DNA of 64,000 nt from the IMG/VR virus record IMGVR_UViG_3300027983_002389; one strand, 5' to 3'. Shown here in pieces: positions 37,717 through 47,330 of this stretch. Positions within the stretch are counted from its first letter, which is position 1. Each line of letters starts with the position of its first letter. Both the position numbers and the translations under genes were made by a program. The stretch is from a virus. Taxonomy: Duplodnaviria; Caudoviricetes. The notes under the pieces were generated by a model. That model saw nothing but the letters and a program-made list of their open reading frames with translations. It was not told the origin of the DNA and made no database searches.

Positions 37717-38130
37717 ATGGGATGCCGATGTGATTACATGGAACCCAATGCACGAGAAGTCGAAAGCAAACGGGTTTGTCAATTACTCAAATATCTCTTT
37801 GCAGCCGCCGAAATTACGGTTTCTGCTTTTGTGTCTGAAAGAATCGAAAACGGGGCAAAGGAATACTACGGCAATACCACCAGTCTGGATGCCGACACAG
37901 AATTGCTCTGCCAGTTGCTTCGGACGCTTCCAGATGACAAGGTGGCGACTGTTGTTTATGATGGTCGTAATCCTGAAGCTCGCAAGCTGGCTGATTGGTG
38001 GGATCATCACCAAACCGCTGACGCCAAACGTGAGGTCGAGGAAGAACATCGTCGCAACAATGAATTTCTTCGGGCGCAAGCCCTCAGTAAATTGACTCCC
38101 ACCGAAATCGAAGCCTTGAGAATTAAATGA
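37717..38130 (+). CDS. Conserved phage hypothetical protein
   Basis: YDGRNPEARKLADWWDHHQ. Confidence 0.7.
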   Translation: MGCRCDYMEPNAREVESKRVCQLLKYLFAAAEITVSAFVSERIENGAKEYYGNTTSLDADTELLCQLLRTLPDDKVATVVYDGRNPEARKLADWWDHHQTADAKREVEEEHRRNNEFLRAQALSKLTPTEIEALRIK

Positions 38131-38396
38131 GCGACAAGATAATCATCCCTTGTGATTTCCGTCATCCTCATGGAACTTATTGTTCTGATGAAGATTTATG
38201 TGAAAAAGGACAAGTATTGATTTACGGAGAAATGGGCGGCAGACCTCCAGAAACAATCACTTGTCCTAAATGTAATGGTCTTGGAAAGATTGAAGTCGCC
38301 AGATCGGAAATTGAAAGTCAGATTTCTGATCTGATTGATGAACGAGATGTAATCAACAGTGAAATCAAACGATTCAGAAGGCATCTGAAAGAATGA
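38127..38396 (+). CDS. Zn-finger hypothetical protein
   Basis: CPKCNGLG; ATGA overlaps. Confidence 0.6.
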   Translation: MSDKIIIPCDFRHPHGTYCSDEDLCEKGQVLIYGEMGGRPPETITCPKCNGLGKIEVARSEIESQISDLIDERDVINSEIKRFRRHLKE

Positions 38397-38770
38397 GACT
38401 CGTCATTGATATAAATGGGATTTTGTGGCAAATTGACAAGTGGGGACACTATGTTGTTTATCATGATTCTGCTCCCGCTGAAGCTGTCGTAATCAAAGCG
38501 GATTTCGACGGCTTTACCGCCTCGTCAGCAGAATATGCAACTGCTTTTGGAATAAGGAACTATAACATGCGTGTGTCAACACAATCAACAACATATGAAC
38601 TCACCGTCACTGAACTCACCAGCCTAATGGCAAAAGAATTGAATGTTGGTGAAGATCGAATCACCCTTCGATTCAAGACCCGTGAAGTCGGCGACGACCG
38701 ATTTGGACCAACCAGCCAAGAAACATATGCTGTAGAAGTTATTGTTTCTGGGCCTCCAACCCAAGGATGA
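38393..38770 (+). CDS. Hypothetical protein
   Basis: ATGA overlaps. Confidence 0.55.
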   Translation: MRLVIDINGILWQIDKWGHYVVYHDSAPAEAVVIKADFDGFTASSAEYATAFGIRNYNMRVSTQSTTYELTVTELTSLMAKELNVGEDRITLRFKTREVGDDRFGPTSQETYAVEVIVSGPPTQG

Positions 38771-39201
38771 ACAGCCTGACTCCACCATGCCCGATATGTG
38801 AACAATGCGTAGATGGCGGAATGACGCTAGTTCGTCATCTCTACGAGAAGCACTTCTACACCCATGAAGAAGCAAACAGCATAGTGGATGACCTATATGC
38901 TACCCTCGTTGACAAAAGGAGAATAGGCGTGCCACCTGCCGCACCAAGAGAATTCACAGTGTTGTACGAAAACCTAACTGGCAATCAGTGCGAAGAACTG
39001 AAGGCACGAGTTAGAGACAAAGAGAAGGAACACACCTGGGGAACCTATGGTCCTAACCGGGATGAAGACCTTCAGAAATACACCATTGATAAACTCTCCA
39101 CTCAACATCTGGAGAATATCCTCATCACCCAGCCACAAATTCCCAATGAACTGGCGGCTGCAATTCTCATGCTACTCAAGAAACGATATGGTGTTTTATG
39201 A
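38767..39201 (+). CDS. Hypothetical protein
   Basis: WGTYG...LSTQHLENIL.TQ. Confidence 0.65.
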   Translation: MNSLTPPCPICEQCVDGGMTLVRHLYEKHFYTHEEANSIVDDLYATLVDKRRIGVPPAAPREFTVLYENLTGNQCEELKARVRDKEKEHTWGTYGPNRDEDLQKYTIDKLSTQHLENILITQPQIPNELAAAILMLLKKRYGVL

Positions 39202-39488
39202 AAGTATATGGCATTTTTCCAACTTCTGTTGATGAGATTCCTGACGAGGAATTTTTCGCCATCCTATATCCAGAAAGCACGACAATTCCGGGCGATGAGC
39301 GATCCAGAACTAATCCTGGTCATGGCTATCCCGAACACACTGTCAGAAATTGGAGTATAGAAGTTCATGCCACAAGAGAAAAGTGGGAAGCTGAGATCGT
39401 TAGGTTGGAAACAAATAAAACAAAATACAAAGCGATTCGTGCCATTCCTGCCAAAATAACCACAACCTTAACAGTGAATGTGAAATGA
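39198..39488 (+). CDS. Hypothetical protein
   Basis: GDERSRTNPGHGYP motif. Confidence 0.65.
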   Translation: MKVYGIFPTSVDEIPDEEFFAILYPESTTIPGDERSRTNPGHGYPEHTVRNWSIEVHATREKWEAEIVRLETNKTKYKAIRAIPAKITTTLTVNVK

Positions 39489-39489
39489 A

Positions 39490-39975
39490 ATGAACATACT
39501 TGAGAAAAGTTTAGCATCAGTTCAAGCCGAGTTTGAACCAATATTTTGGTGTCACACAGATGCAGAAACTATTCTCAAGTTTGCTGAGGAAAGCGCCTGC
39601 GGTCGTCTGAATTTTGAATATGAAATCGAAAACATCAGAGAATTTATATCGAACCAAGCTGCGCTCGCAGCAGTGGTGGCAATAATGCGTATTGACTTTG
39701 AAAACAATGTTGAGCAGGCCATTTCGGAATCGCTTGAGTATAGAATTCCTGACCATAGGCAGATCAATGTCAAAATAACAAGAGACGAGGCTTTGTCTTA
39801 CGTTGGAAATACCCAAATACAAATCCAAAACATGACCAATGGCGCAGGAACTATTGTTGATGTTTTCACAATGCGCCAAACCTTGGATCAAATCTCCGGG
39901 CCTGAATATCTTGATGTAAAGCCATTTGTCGCAAGACGTGTCACTACATCGTTTGATGTAAGAGAAATCCAATGA
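39490..39975 (+). CDS. Hypothetical protein
   Basis: ORF in run. Confidence 0.6.
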   Translation: MNILEKSLASVQAEFEPIFWCHTDAETILKFAEESACGRLNFEYEIENIREFISNQAALAAVVAIMRIDFENNVEQAISESLEYRIPDHRQINVKITRDEALSYVGNTQIQIQNMTNGAGTIVDVFTMRQTLDQISGPEYLDVKPFVARRVTTSFDVREIQ

Positions 39976-40012
39976 GAAAGAACGCATCAGGATTTGCCGC
40001 CCTATTGGTCAT

Positions 40013-40384
40013 TTGGGGATGCTGCACGGTCGGCGCACACACGAAATGGCAACTAGGACTTGCTGCATTTTTTATTGCAGCCGGTGTCATGTTATATGCG
40101 AGAGAAAAATGAAAAAGAAACGCAAAGAGTTCAAGCGTGGCACCGTCGTCGTGTTTGAACCCAAGAACTTCAACCCGGAGTATTGGGACAATCTCTCCGA
40201 GGAAGATCGGCTCGAATACTACAGCGCACTTGGTTATGGTAGTCCTAAACCCAAGTTCTTTGTCTATTTGACTAAGATCAGAAATGCTCCCGGACATTGC
40301 GTTCTTGTGTCGCTCGACGACCAAACTATTGAAACTATGAGACACGATAACGACTTCCGAGAAGTCGCAGAAGAGGAATTCTAA
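40013..40384 (+). CDS. Hypothetical protein; likely start near 40109
   Basis: PGHCV...MRH..DFRE motif. Confidence 0.55.
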   Translation: MGMLHGRRTHEMATRTCCIFYCSRCHVICERKMKKKRKEFKRGTVVVFEPKNFNPEYWDNLSEEDRLEYYSALGYGSPKPKFFVYLTKIRNAPGHCVLVSLDDQTIETMRHDNDFREVAEEEF

Positions 40385-40385
40385 A

Positions 40386-40697
40386 ATGCACGATTTTTGG
40401 CAATTCCACGGTTGGCTTTTCATCTTGACAATGTTCTTCTTTCCAAGACTGACAATGCTATTCGCCACCACCGTTGGCGGTGGATTCTTGTATTGGGTGG
40501 GCTGGTTGATAGTACCACGTTTTACCGTGGCCATCCTTGCCACCATTCTGTTCTACGAACACAATGTCACTCTGCTGATATTCACATGGTTGTGGGCATT
40601 GGGCGGTGAAACCGGAGAAAAGACCGTCATTAGCGGTTCAACAGGCAGCACCAAAACGCAAGACTCCCAGACTCCGAGTCACAAGAGTCGGTCATGA
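40386..40697 (+). CDS. Small membrane protein
   Basis: FFPRLT...WLIVPR; three hydrophobic segments. Confidence 0.65.
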   Translation: MHDFWQFHGWLFILTMFFFPRLTMLFATTVGGGFLYWVGWLIVPRFTVAILATILFYEHNVTLLIFTWLWALGGETGEKTVISGSTGSTKTQDSQTPSHKSRS

Positions 40698-40701
40698 TCG
40701 T

Positions 40702-40730
40702 TTTACAGCGACCTAAAATCAGGGTATAAT
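40702..40730 (+). promoter_or_regulatory. sigma70-like promoter of smpB
   Basis: TTTACA-N17-TATAAT, 8 nt before ATG. Confidence 0.75.
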
Positions 40731-40738
40731 CACTTACT

Positions 40739-41188
40739 ATGAGCAATAATCAGGTCGTATGTCAGAACCGCAAAGCCCGATTCGAGCATGAAGTCCTCGA
40801 TACGCTTGAAGCGGGCATTGTCCTTAAAGGAACCGAGATTAAATCGGTCAGGCAGCACCACGTCTCCCTTGATGGTGCATTCGCCATTGTCACCAATGGT
40901 GAAGTGACTTTGGTAAATTGCAACATCGAACCTTACAAGCAGGGCAATGTTCACAATCACGAACCCAAGCGACAACGCCGCTTGCTTCTGAATAAATCTG
41001 AGATCGCCAAGTTCGCCGAACAAGCCAAGATCAAAGGCTTCACCCTCGTCCCACTCTCAATGTATATAAAGAACGGCAAGGCCAAAGTTGAACTGGCGGT
41101 CTGCCGTGGCAAACAACTTCACGACAAGCGACAGGCCATCAAGGACCGTGATGTTGCACGAGATTCGAGGCAGCAAGATTGCTATTGA
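40739..41188 (+). CDS. smpB: SsrA-binding protein SmpB
   Basis: NRKARFE...EAGIVLKGTEIKSVR...NHEPKRQRRLLL...TLVPL...GKQLHDKR. Confidence 0.95.
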   Translation: MSNNQVVCQNRKARFEHEVLDTLEAGIVLKGTEIKSVRQHHVSLDGAFAIVTNGEVTLVNCNIEPYKQGNVHNHEPKRQRRLLLNKSEIAKFAEQAKIKGFTLVPLSMYIKNGKAKVELAVCRGKQLHDKRQAIKDRDVARDSRQQDCY

Positions 41189-41240
41189 ACGATGAACGAT
41201 GAACGATGAACGAAGAAAGAAGAAAGAAGAAAGAAAAAGA
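41186..41240 (+). repeat. Heptamer microsatellites
   Basis: TGAACGA x4 then AGAAAGA x3. Confidence 0.9.
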
Positions 41241-41241
41241 A

Positions 41242-41992
41242 ATGACATTCATATTCTCACCAGCCCCTCAAGCCGACTTGATTGTTGCTGAGTTGCCATT
41301 TGAAGACACGCTATCTCAGATCACCAACGAAGACAATTACATTGACATTACACTCATTGGGAAACCATATCGAGTAAATGTCGGCGCTTCCCGACTGAGA
41401 ATCATCAAGAAAAGTCCTGTTTGTGCGTGTTGTGGCAACTGGATGCTCCCTAGATCTGGACGCTCAGGCAACCAAAGAGTCAGGGGAACTCCGCTATCAC
41501 ATCAACTTCTACGCCGCCACAGGCGTTAAAGGACAGGATCATCAACATATGATCCTGTTCACCAGGGACCATATCGTTCCTAAATTCAAAGGTGGTGATG
41601 AAACAGAAGAGAATTCACAAACTCTCTGCTTCAATTGCAATACACTCAAAGACTCGACCGAATTAGACCTGGAACACATGAGGAGGGCACTATTCCCGGC
41701 CTATCGTGCATACCAGTCGTCCAAAGCACTCAACCTCGCCAAAGATCGTCTGCACTTGCCCTACGTTCGATTGGAGAAGGCTCGCCGTGCCGTCGAAAAC
41801 ATCACCCAAGCCCTCGCCATAGTCACCGACCACCGGGCTGAAGGAATGAAGGACAGACGAGATAAGAGTGCAGAAAGAGTCGATGAATTGCTCTCTTATA
41901 TCACAGATGTTGAACTTCAGTCTCAGTTGACTGGAGTTGTCCCTGAAAAGGCTCAGTTGACTGGAGTTGTCCCTGAAAAGGCGAATGAATGA
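41242..41992 (+). pseudogene. HNH endonuclease split by a frameshift near 41428-41435
   Basis: Frame 1 ends ...PVCACCG; frame 2 VVAT...TRDHIVPKFKGG....NSQTLCFNCN..K; 30-bp duplication 41922-41981. Confidence 0.75.
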
Positions 41993-42171
41993 AAACATTA
42001 AGTATTGTTCTTTTGTTGTTTCTGGTTGGTTGTGCCAATAATTTGGATCGCAACGACCCATCTGTTGTTGCGACCAACAAGGCAAATCTTTCTAGCGGTG
42101 GAGAAACAGTTGGAACTTTACCTGATGGACGTAAGGTCATCAGGTATTCCATTCACACGGGAACTACATAG
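41989..42171 (+). CDS. Small lipoprotein
   Basis: LVGC lipobox. Confidence 0.5.
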   Translation: MKTLSIVLLLFLVGCANNLDRNDPSVVATNKANLSSGGETVGTLPDGRKVIRYSIHTGTT

Positions 42172-42184
42172 AAAGAACAAGAAA

Positions 42185-42625
42185 ATGCTATTTATTTTTC
42201 TTGATGTCGATGGAGTGTTGAATACCGTAAAATCTTCAAGGATTTTTGGGCGTCAATACATTGATGATTCCCTGGTTCGCATTGTGGTTTCTATCATAAA
42301 AGCCACAGCCGCAAAAATCATTCTTTCTTCTAATTGGAGATTGAATCCATCCGATGTAAATTTAGTCAAAACTGCATTGTCTCGACACGGACTGGATATT
42401 TTTGATTTCACTCCTGTTCTTGAGCCAACTGGTGACGACGAATTTGTTTTTCGGAGCAAAGAGATTCAATCATGGATAGATGCCAATGATTCGATTCATA
42501 GGTTTGCTATTATTGACGATGATCCCAGAGCAAATATTGATGGGTCTTTCTTTCAAACAGATGAGAGAATTGGATTGACCGGGGAGACGGCTTCATTAGT
42601 GATTGCTCACTTAAAAAGCATTTGA
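42185..42625 (+). CDS. HAD-family phosphatase (Swiss-Army-knife RNA-repair type)
   Basis: FLDVDGVLN, LSSNWR, R..EI..W, IIDDD, GLT. Confidence 0.85.
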   Translation: MLFIFLDVDGVLNTVKSSRIFGRQYIDDSLVRIVVSIIKATAAKIILSSNWRLNPSDVNLVKTALSRHGLDIFDFTPVLEPTGDDEFVFRSKEIQSWIDANDSIHRFAIIDDDPRANIDGSFFQTDERIGLTGETASLVIAHLKSI

Positions 42626-42631
42626 GTGGTG

Positions 42632-42637
42632 TAAATA
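42632..42637 (+). promoter_or_regulatory. Late-type promoter TAAATA
   Basis: gTAAATAatcacATG. Confidence 0.65.
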
Positions 42638-42642
42638 ATCAC

Positions 42643-43203
42643 ATGCAAACTTTTTCTGAATGGCTCCTATCCGAAAATAATCTCAACTCCCTTAGTCCCC
42701 AAAAGGAAATTGGCAAAGGTGGTTTTGCTACGGTGTACGCCACACAAAATCCAAATATCGTGATGCGTGTGGAGAGAAAGGTAGATCACAATTCATGTGA
42801 AAAATTCATGAATAGACCCGAAGTTCAGGCGACAGGTGGAGTTGTAAAAATTCTAGGAACAAACAATCAAATTACCTACAAGGAAAGAGTTGACACCAAT
42901 TGGTCCCAATATTTGGCGAATAAATACAAAAAGATTTTGGAGGGTATGTATGACATACCAAAATTGCTTCAAATGATGCCTTATGGGATAGAAACCGCAC
43001 AGAAGCACGGAGAAACCGCCGCTTTTTTACAGTTGGCATTAGAGGCGTTCCGTCAAAAAAATGCAATAATTGGTTTTTTACAGACCTTTCGTGAAGCCGA
43101 AGGTTTAATCAAAGCAATCAACATGGGATTGCCCTTTGATGATCTGCACTCAGATAATTTAGGGATAAACAATCAAGGAAAACTTGTTGTCATTGATTGT
43201 TAA
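42643..43203 (+). CDS. Atypical protein-kinase-fold protein, putative head-packaged
   Basis: MQTFSEWLLSE; IGKGGFATVY; DLHSDNLG; VVID. Confidence 0.7.
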   Translation: MQTFSEWLLSENNLNSLSPQKEIGKGGFATVYATQNPNIVMRVERKVDHNSCEKFMNRPEVQATGGVVKILGTNNQITYKERVDTNWSQYLANKYKKILEGMYDIPKLLQMMPYGIETAQKHGETAAFLQLALEAFRQKNAIIGFLQTFREAEGLIKAINMGLPFDDLHSDNLGINNQGKLVVIDC

Positions 43204-43212
43204 AGAACAAAA

Positions 43213-43485
43213 ATGCGGTCAATTCATGATAGTTGGGAAGTCACCCAGGATAAGCCCAGCCCCTACGAACCTGTCAAATTCGTGCAGGAAAACCTGATTC
43301 CACTGCGGACACCCAAAGAATTCGTCAAATACATCAACAAATACCAACCTCAAGCCGTTCATCGCTACGACGAAAATTACAAAATGCCCGGCAGATATAC
43401 CTCTGCTGAGGTAATCAATGGTGTGGTTTGGGTAATTTTTACACCAGAAAAACTTGGCGATAAGTATTGGGTGAGTCTTGCCTAA
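43213..43485 (+). CDS. Hypothetical protein
   Basis: ORF in run. Confidence 0.55.
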   Translation: MRSIHDSWEVTQDKPSPYEPVKFVQENLIPLRTPKEFVKYINKYQPQAVHRYDENYKMPGRYTSAEVINGVVWVIFTPEKLGDKYWVSLA

Positions 43486-43488
43486 ATA
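43483..43488 (+). promoter_or_regulatory. Late-type promoter TAAATA
   Basis: ccTAAATAgagcATG. Confidence 0.65.
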
Positions 43489-43492
43489 GAGC

Positions 43493-44938
43493 ATGTTGAA
43501 ATTCAAGACATGGCTAGAAACAGAAATAAATGATCCCGCCCAAGCACAGAAAGGCGTCGGATACTATCTGCGACTAGCTGGACTGCAACAAGGTATTGCC
43601 AAGCACCCAGATGCCTACAAGATACTTGAACAGGCTTACAAACAATTACAAGCCCAAGGCAATCCAGAAGCCCATAACGCCTATATCAAGCTGCACGGCT
43701 ACCTCGACAGACAACAGGGCGGCAGACACTTCAACAACTTCTTTACGGACGTTACACAAGGCAAGGAAGCATACGTCCCGCACTCTGAATTTCAGCCAGT
43801 TCTGGATATGTCCCAGCAACAAGATTGGATGAAAGCACGAGAACAATATCACGGCAACTTCGATAAGCACATCAAGACCAGCATCCCGACGTTCGGAGAA
43901 CTACAGGACAAGAAAGGTCATGCTTTATCGACTGCCTTCAAAGACCAAGAACTTGATATGCTCGACATTGGTGGCTCCGAAGGATCGTTCGCCAGAACCA
44001 TCAGCCATATGAGCAATGGTCAAATAAAGACTGAAGTGCTTGATCCTAATGATGCCATGCACGATTTCTATCACAGTAAAGGTCAAACCCCAGGCAGCAC
44101 ATACAACAAAGCTGCATTTATGAAGGGCTGGATCAATGATGACGGCTCCAAAACGCCAGAACTCAATAGCCAAACAACTGATAAGCGATATGATGTCATT
44201 CATGAGTCGATGGCATTTCAGTTCATGAGTAGCCAACGTGATGCTCAAGTCGCCGAAGTCAAAGCCCTACTCAAACCAACTGGTATGTTCTTGACTGAAC
44301 AAAAGTTGAAAAACAACAATTGGGATGCCAACGAGAAGTTCAAAGATGAGAATCATAAGAACCTCTATTACAGCAGTGAAGCATTGAAGCAAAAAGAAAA
44401 AGTCGTTGCGTTCGCCGCTGAAAAGAAGCCACAATTTGCCCAAAATCAAGACGAAGAAGAAGCGGTCGGAATGGTGAATAACATGGTTCACCATGATGAA
44501 TATGAACAAACGCTTGCCAAACACTTCCAAATCGTGTATCAATATTGGGATAGCGGAAACTTCAAGGGCTACGCAGCCAGCAATCAGCCCGACATGGTGA
44601 CGAAGTTCCTGCACGCTCTTGGAAACGTCAGTAGTAAATTCTCAAACGTCCCACTGCCTCGAAGAATAACGGTTGGAGAAACCACAATGCCATCCTTCAG
44701 AGAATGGAAGAAACAACACAGTGTCGAAGATGTGTCCAGCGGAATCCTTCCACACCGAGACAAATTGGAGAAAATGACGGCCCACGAGATCAAAAAGCTG
44801 TACGGCGATAAACTTGTCCATGCTGCCCGCAAACTCGATATGGACCTCACCGACGAGGATGTTGACGAAATCATCGACAAGGCGTCTGGCGTCGAAGAGA
44901 TCGAGCCGCACGACAGCCACTACAATCTGCACACCTAA
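43493..44938 (+). CDS. Class I SAM methyltransferase (CmoA-like features), putative head-packaged
   Basis: MLKFKTWLETE; FDKHIKTSIP; LDIGGSEG; YDVIHESMAFQF; LKPTG. Confidence 0.7.
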   Translation: MLKFKTWLETEINDPAQAQKGVGYYLRLAGLQQGIAKHPDAYKILEQAYKQLQAQGNPEAHNAYIKLHGYLDRQQGGRHFNNFFTDVTQGKEAYVPHSEFQPVLDMSQQQDWMKAREQYHGNFDKHIKTSIPTFGELQDKKGHALSTAFKDQELDMLDIGGSEGSFARTISHMSNGQIKTEVLDPNDAMHDFYHSKGQTPGSTYNKAAFMKGWINDDGSKTPELNSQTTDKRYDVIHESMAFQFMSSQRDAQVAEVKALLKPTGMFLTEQKLKNNNWDANEKFKDENHKNLYYSSEALKQKEKVVAFAAEKKPQFAQNQDEEEAVGMVNNMVHHDEYEQTLAKHFQIVYQYWDSGNFKGYAASNQPDMVTKFLHALGNVSSKFSNVPLPRRITVGETTMPSFREWKKQHSVEDVSSGILPHRDKLEKMTAHEIKKLYGDKLVHAARKLDMDLTDEDVDEIIDKASGVEEIEPHDSHYNLHT

Positions 44939-45010
44939 CGGCTATCCTGATAGCCATTAAGCCCAAAAACGCCCATAACAGGTAGAATCACTCAACAAGA
45001 AAAGGCTACC

Positions 45011-45325
45011 ATGTCTGAAAGAATGACCCGTCAAGAAGTTGTCGCACTGATGCAGTCCAGTCGAGATGAGAAAGAATGGAACGACAACTGTGATGCCGTC
45101 AAGAAACAGGGCGGCTATCCAGGCTTCTGGTTTGAAGCCATCATGCTTTCGGGACTTGCAGACAAGGTTCGCAAAAGCTGGATGTCAACCGCCGTCCGTG
45201 GCAATCTCACTGAATTGATGCCAGAAGTCCAAGGCAGCATCAAAGTCATGGAATTGCTCCCGCCCGACGAACAAGAAATTGCCGAAATCCGTAAACAACA
45301 AGCAGAACGAGCCAACAATGGATAA
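45011..45325 (+). CDS. Hypothetical protein
   Basis: GGTAGAAT -10 box upstream. Confidence 0.6.
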   Translation: MSERMTRQEVVALMQSSRDEKEWNDNCDAVKKQGGYPGFWFEAIMLSGLADKVRKSWMSTAVRGNLTELMPEVQGSIKVMELLPPDEQEIAEIRKQQAERANNG

Positions 45326-45656
45326 GGGAATGGACATTTCGCCCCGTCAACCTTGGACCCATGAGCAAATCCAAGAATTGCTCCCCAAGCTAAAAGCGAA
45401 AATCGCCGAACAAGAAGTTGAAGACCCGAACATTCGCCCACTGCCACCTATGACAGTAGAGGAATGTAAGGAATACTTCTTCCGACTGACCAACGCTGCC
45501 GAAACCAGACCTTTGACCGGCGACGAATGTTGTATATGGGGACAACTATTGTCTGTCTTTCAACAAGCGGTCAGAGCCGAAACCCTTGGCAAAAAAGGTC
45601 GATACTTCTGTCTTAGCGAAGCAGATATTAACCGGATGATGGACAAGGATGAATAG
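45279..45656 (+). CDS. Hypothetical protein
   Basis: ORF in run. Confidence 0.55.
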   Translation: MPKSVNNKQNEPTMDKGMDISPRQPWTHEQIQELLPKLKAKIAEQEVEDPNIRPLPPMTVEECKEYFFRLTNAAETRPLTGDECCIWGQLLSVFQQAVRAETLGKKGRYFCLSEADINRMMDKDE

Positions 45657-45658
45657 TC

Positions 45659-46030
45659 ATGACCCTGAAAGAACGCTGGGCTTTATGCGACCGTATATCC
45701 ATCATCTTGGGCGCTCGAAAGGACCGTGTTTATTCTGCGCTGTCCACCTTTCAAAATGAAAATTTGGTGGAACCTGTTCTGAACAACAATCCTCAAGCAA
45801 TGCAGACTGCGAAAGAAATTCTTGAAAAGTATTCTGTAGTAGATTCTGCTAAAACCATTTCCACGGTTATACAAACAACTACTGTTGTTGTGGAACGACC
45901 GCCACAAAACGAATTTGAAGCCAGAGTCAATGACCATAAAATTATGCTTTGGGCCATCAGAACGATAGGTGATCCAATCCGAGCTTCAGAAGCATTCGAG
46001 GGCGTCATAAAAGCGCTGAACCCACAATGA
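45659..46030 (+). CDS. Hypothetical protein
   Basis: ORF in run. Confidence 0.6.
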   Translation: MTLKERWALCDRISIILGARKDRVYSALSTFQNENLVEPVLNNNPQAMQTAKEILEKYSVVDSAKTISTVIQTTTVVVERPPQNEFEARVNDHKIMLWAIRTIGDPIRASEAFEGVIKALNPQ

Positions 46031-46326
46031 TCTGGACCAAAATTCAATTTCGTCGTGTCATCAATGATGCCAATGTATCTAGTTGGATAAATTGGGTAGA
46101 GGTCGGCACCTTCGCTTCAGAAGAAGATGCAATGAAGGCTTTGACTCAAAAATTCGAGTGTAAATTTTTTGATGTTTCATTCGACCAAATTGGAGTTTAC
46201 CAATCGGTCAATCCAATTGATCGAAATTTTCAATTTCGCTTTTGTCCCGCTCCTGAAAAAATTCAAAGTGAAATCGCCTGGAAAGTTGAACCAAGTCCTT
46301 GGAAAGTAGGACTCAATGAAGCGTAA
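46027..46326 (+). CDS. Hypothetical protein
   Basis: ATGA overlap. Confidence 0.55.
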   Translation: MIWTKIQFRRVINDANVSSWINWVEVGTFASEEDAMKALTQKFECKFFDVSFDQIGVYQSVNPIDRNFQFRFCPAPEKIQSEIAWKVEPSPWKVGLNEA

Positions 46327-46528
46327 AGTCTATTGCCCGTGGTCAGGCTGCGGCAGACCCAATGGCGCTGCTCCACCCTGCCCTGTCAAATGTAAAAACT
46401 GCGGACACGGCACATACGAGAAGCCATACACACTAACAAACTTCGACAAGGTTTGCCCCCTATGCAAACACTGTCTGTCGTGTGGACGAATCAGCAAGAA
46501 AGAACATGACAAAACCAGCCAAAATTAA
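46316..46528 (+). CDS. Small Cys-rich Zn-finger protein
   Basis: Multiple CxxC motifs. Confidence 0.5.
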   Translation: MKRKVYCPWSGCGRPNGAAPPCPVKCKNCGHGTYEKPYTLTNFDKVCPLCKHCLSCGRISKKEHDKTSQN

Positions 46529-47330
46529 GCCCTTTGTCGAGGGACTGAATATCTCCGCACTGCTGTCTCCTGAAACGGAAGAAAAGACAGAAGCAAAGAA
46601 GAAAGTACGTCCAGAATGGCAATATGACTTTGAAAACGAAATCCTTGATGCCCAAGAAGGCTGGATTTACTCGAAAAGAAAAAACAATAGAAAAGGAAAT
46701 AAACTCCGCAAGTTCTACGAACGCCTGTATGGCGGTCGGGGTCGAGACGAAGGCATCACGTTCTGGAAACCAAAGATCAACGATTTGGCGTATTGTGAGG
46801 CCAAGCGATGGATGGCAGTTCAACACCATCACAAACAACATACCAAGATCATAGGTGCGTTCAAAGAAGTAACCGATAATGCACCATTCTGCTGCATTCG
46901 CAATACAGAAGAAGCTCCAGGTTTTGCTTGGATTGTTTTTCACAAGTCTGATAGACATGATCCCGGAGTCTCATGGGAATGGTGGGAACTCAGCTACGAA
47001 AAGAAAAACAAGCAACTAGAACGTCCCGATTGTAAACTCCGACAGGACATTGGTGACGCATGGTTCGCCTACGAAGAACGCTCTCAACAACTTCGAGAAC
47101 GAGCAGCACACTTCCAAAAGCTGTTCATGTTGGCACTCGAAAAGCGTTACCAAGACGAATTCTATCGGACTAACCGATATGGAAGTGTCAAAAGAAAACT
47201 CATCATCAATGGCCGGGAATATCTTATCGGCGCAGTTGATGGACGAACATTTGGCGTCATTGTCTACCCTGAAGAAACAACTGTCGAAATCGTTGAACCT
47301 GGACCAATTCCGAAGAAAGCCAAAGAATGA
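46482..47330 (+). CDS. Hypothetical protein
   Basis: 282 aa; ATGA overlap with channel gene. Confidence 0.7.
   Translation: MDESARKNMTKPAKIKPFVEGLNISALLSPETEEKTEAKKKVRPEWQYDFENEILDAQEGWIYSKRKNNRKGNKLRKFYERLYGGRGRDEGITFWKPKINDLAYCEAKRWMAVQHHHKQHTKIIGAFKEVTDNAPFCCIRNTEEAPGFAWIVFHKSDRHDPGVSWEWWELSYEKKNKQLERPDCKLRQDIGDAWFAYEERSQQLRERAAHFQKLFMLALEKRYQDEFYRTNRYGSVKRKLIINGREYLIGAVDGRTFGVIVYPEETTVEIVEPGPIPKKAKE

Noticed and set aside
40700-42200. tmRNA or tRNA genes near smpB or elsewhere
   Set aside because: No cloverleaf or tRNA-like ends recognised by eye; a covariance search is still needed.
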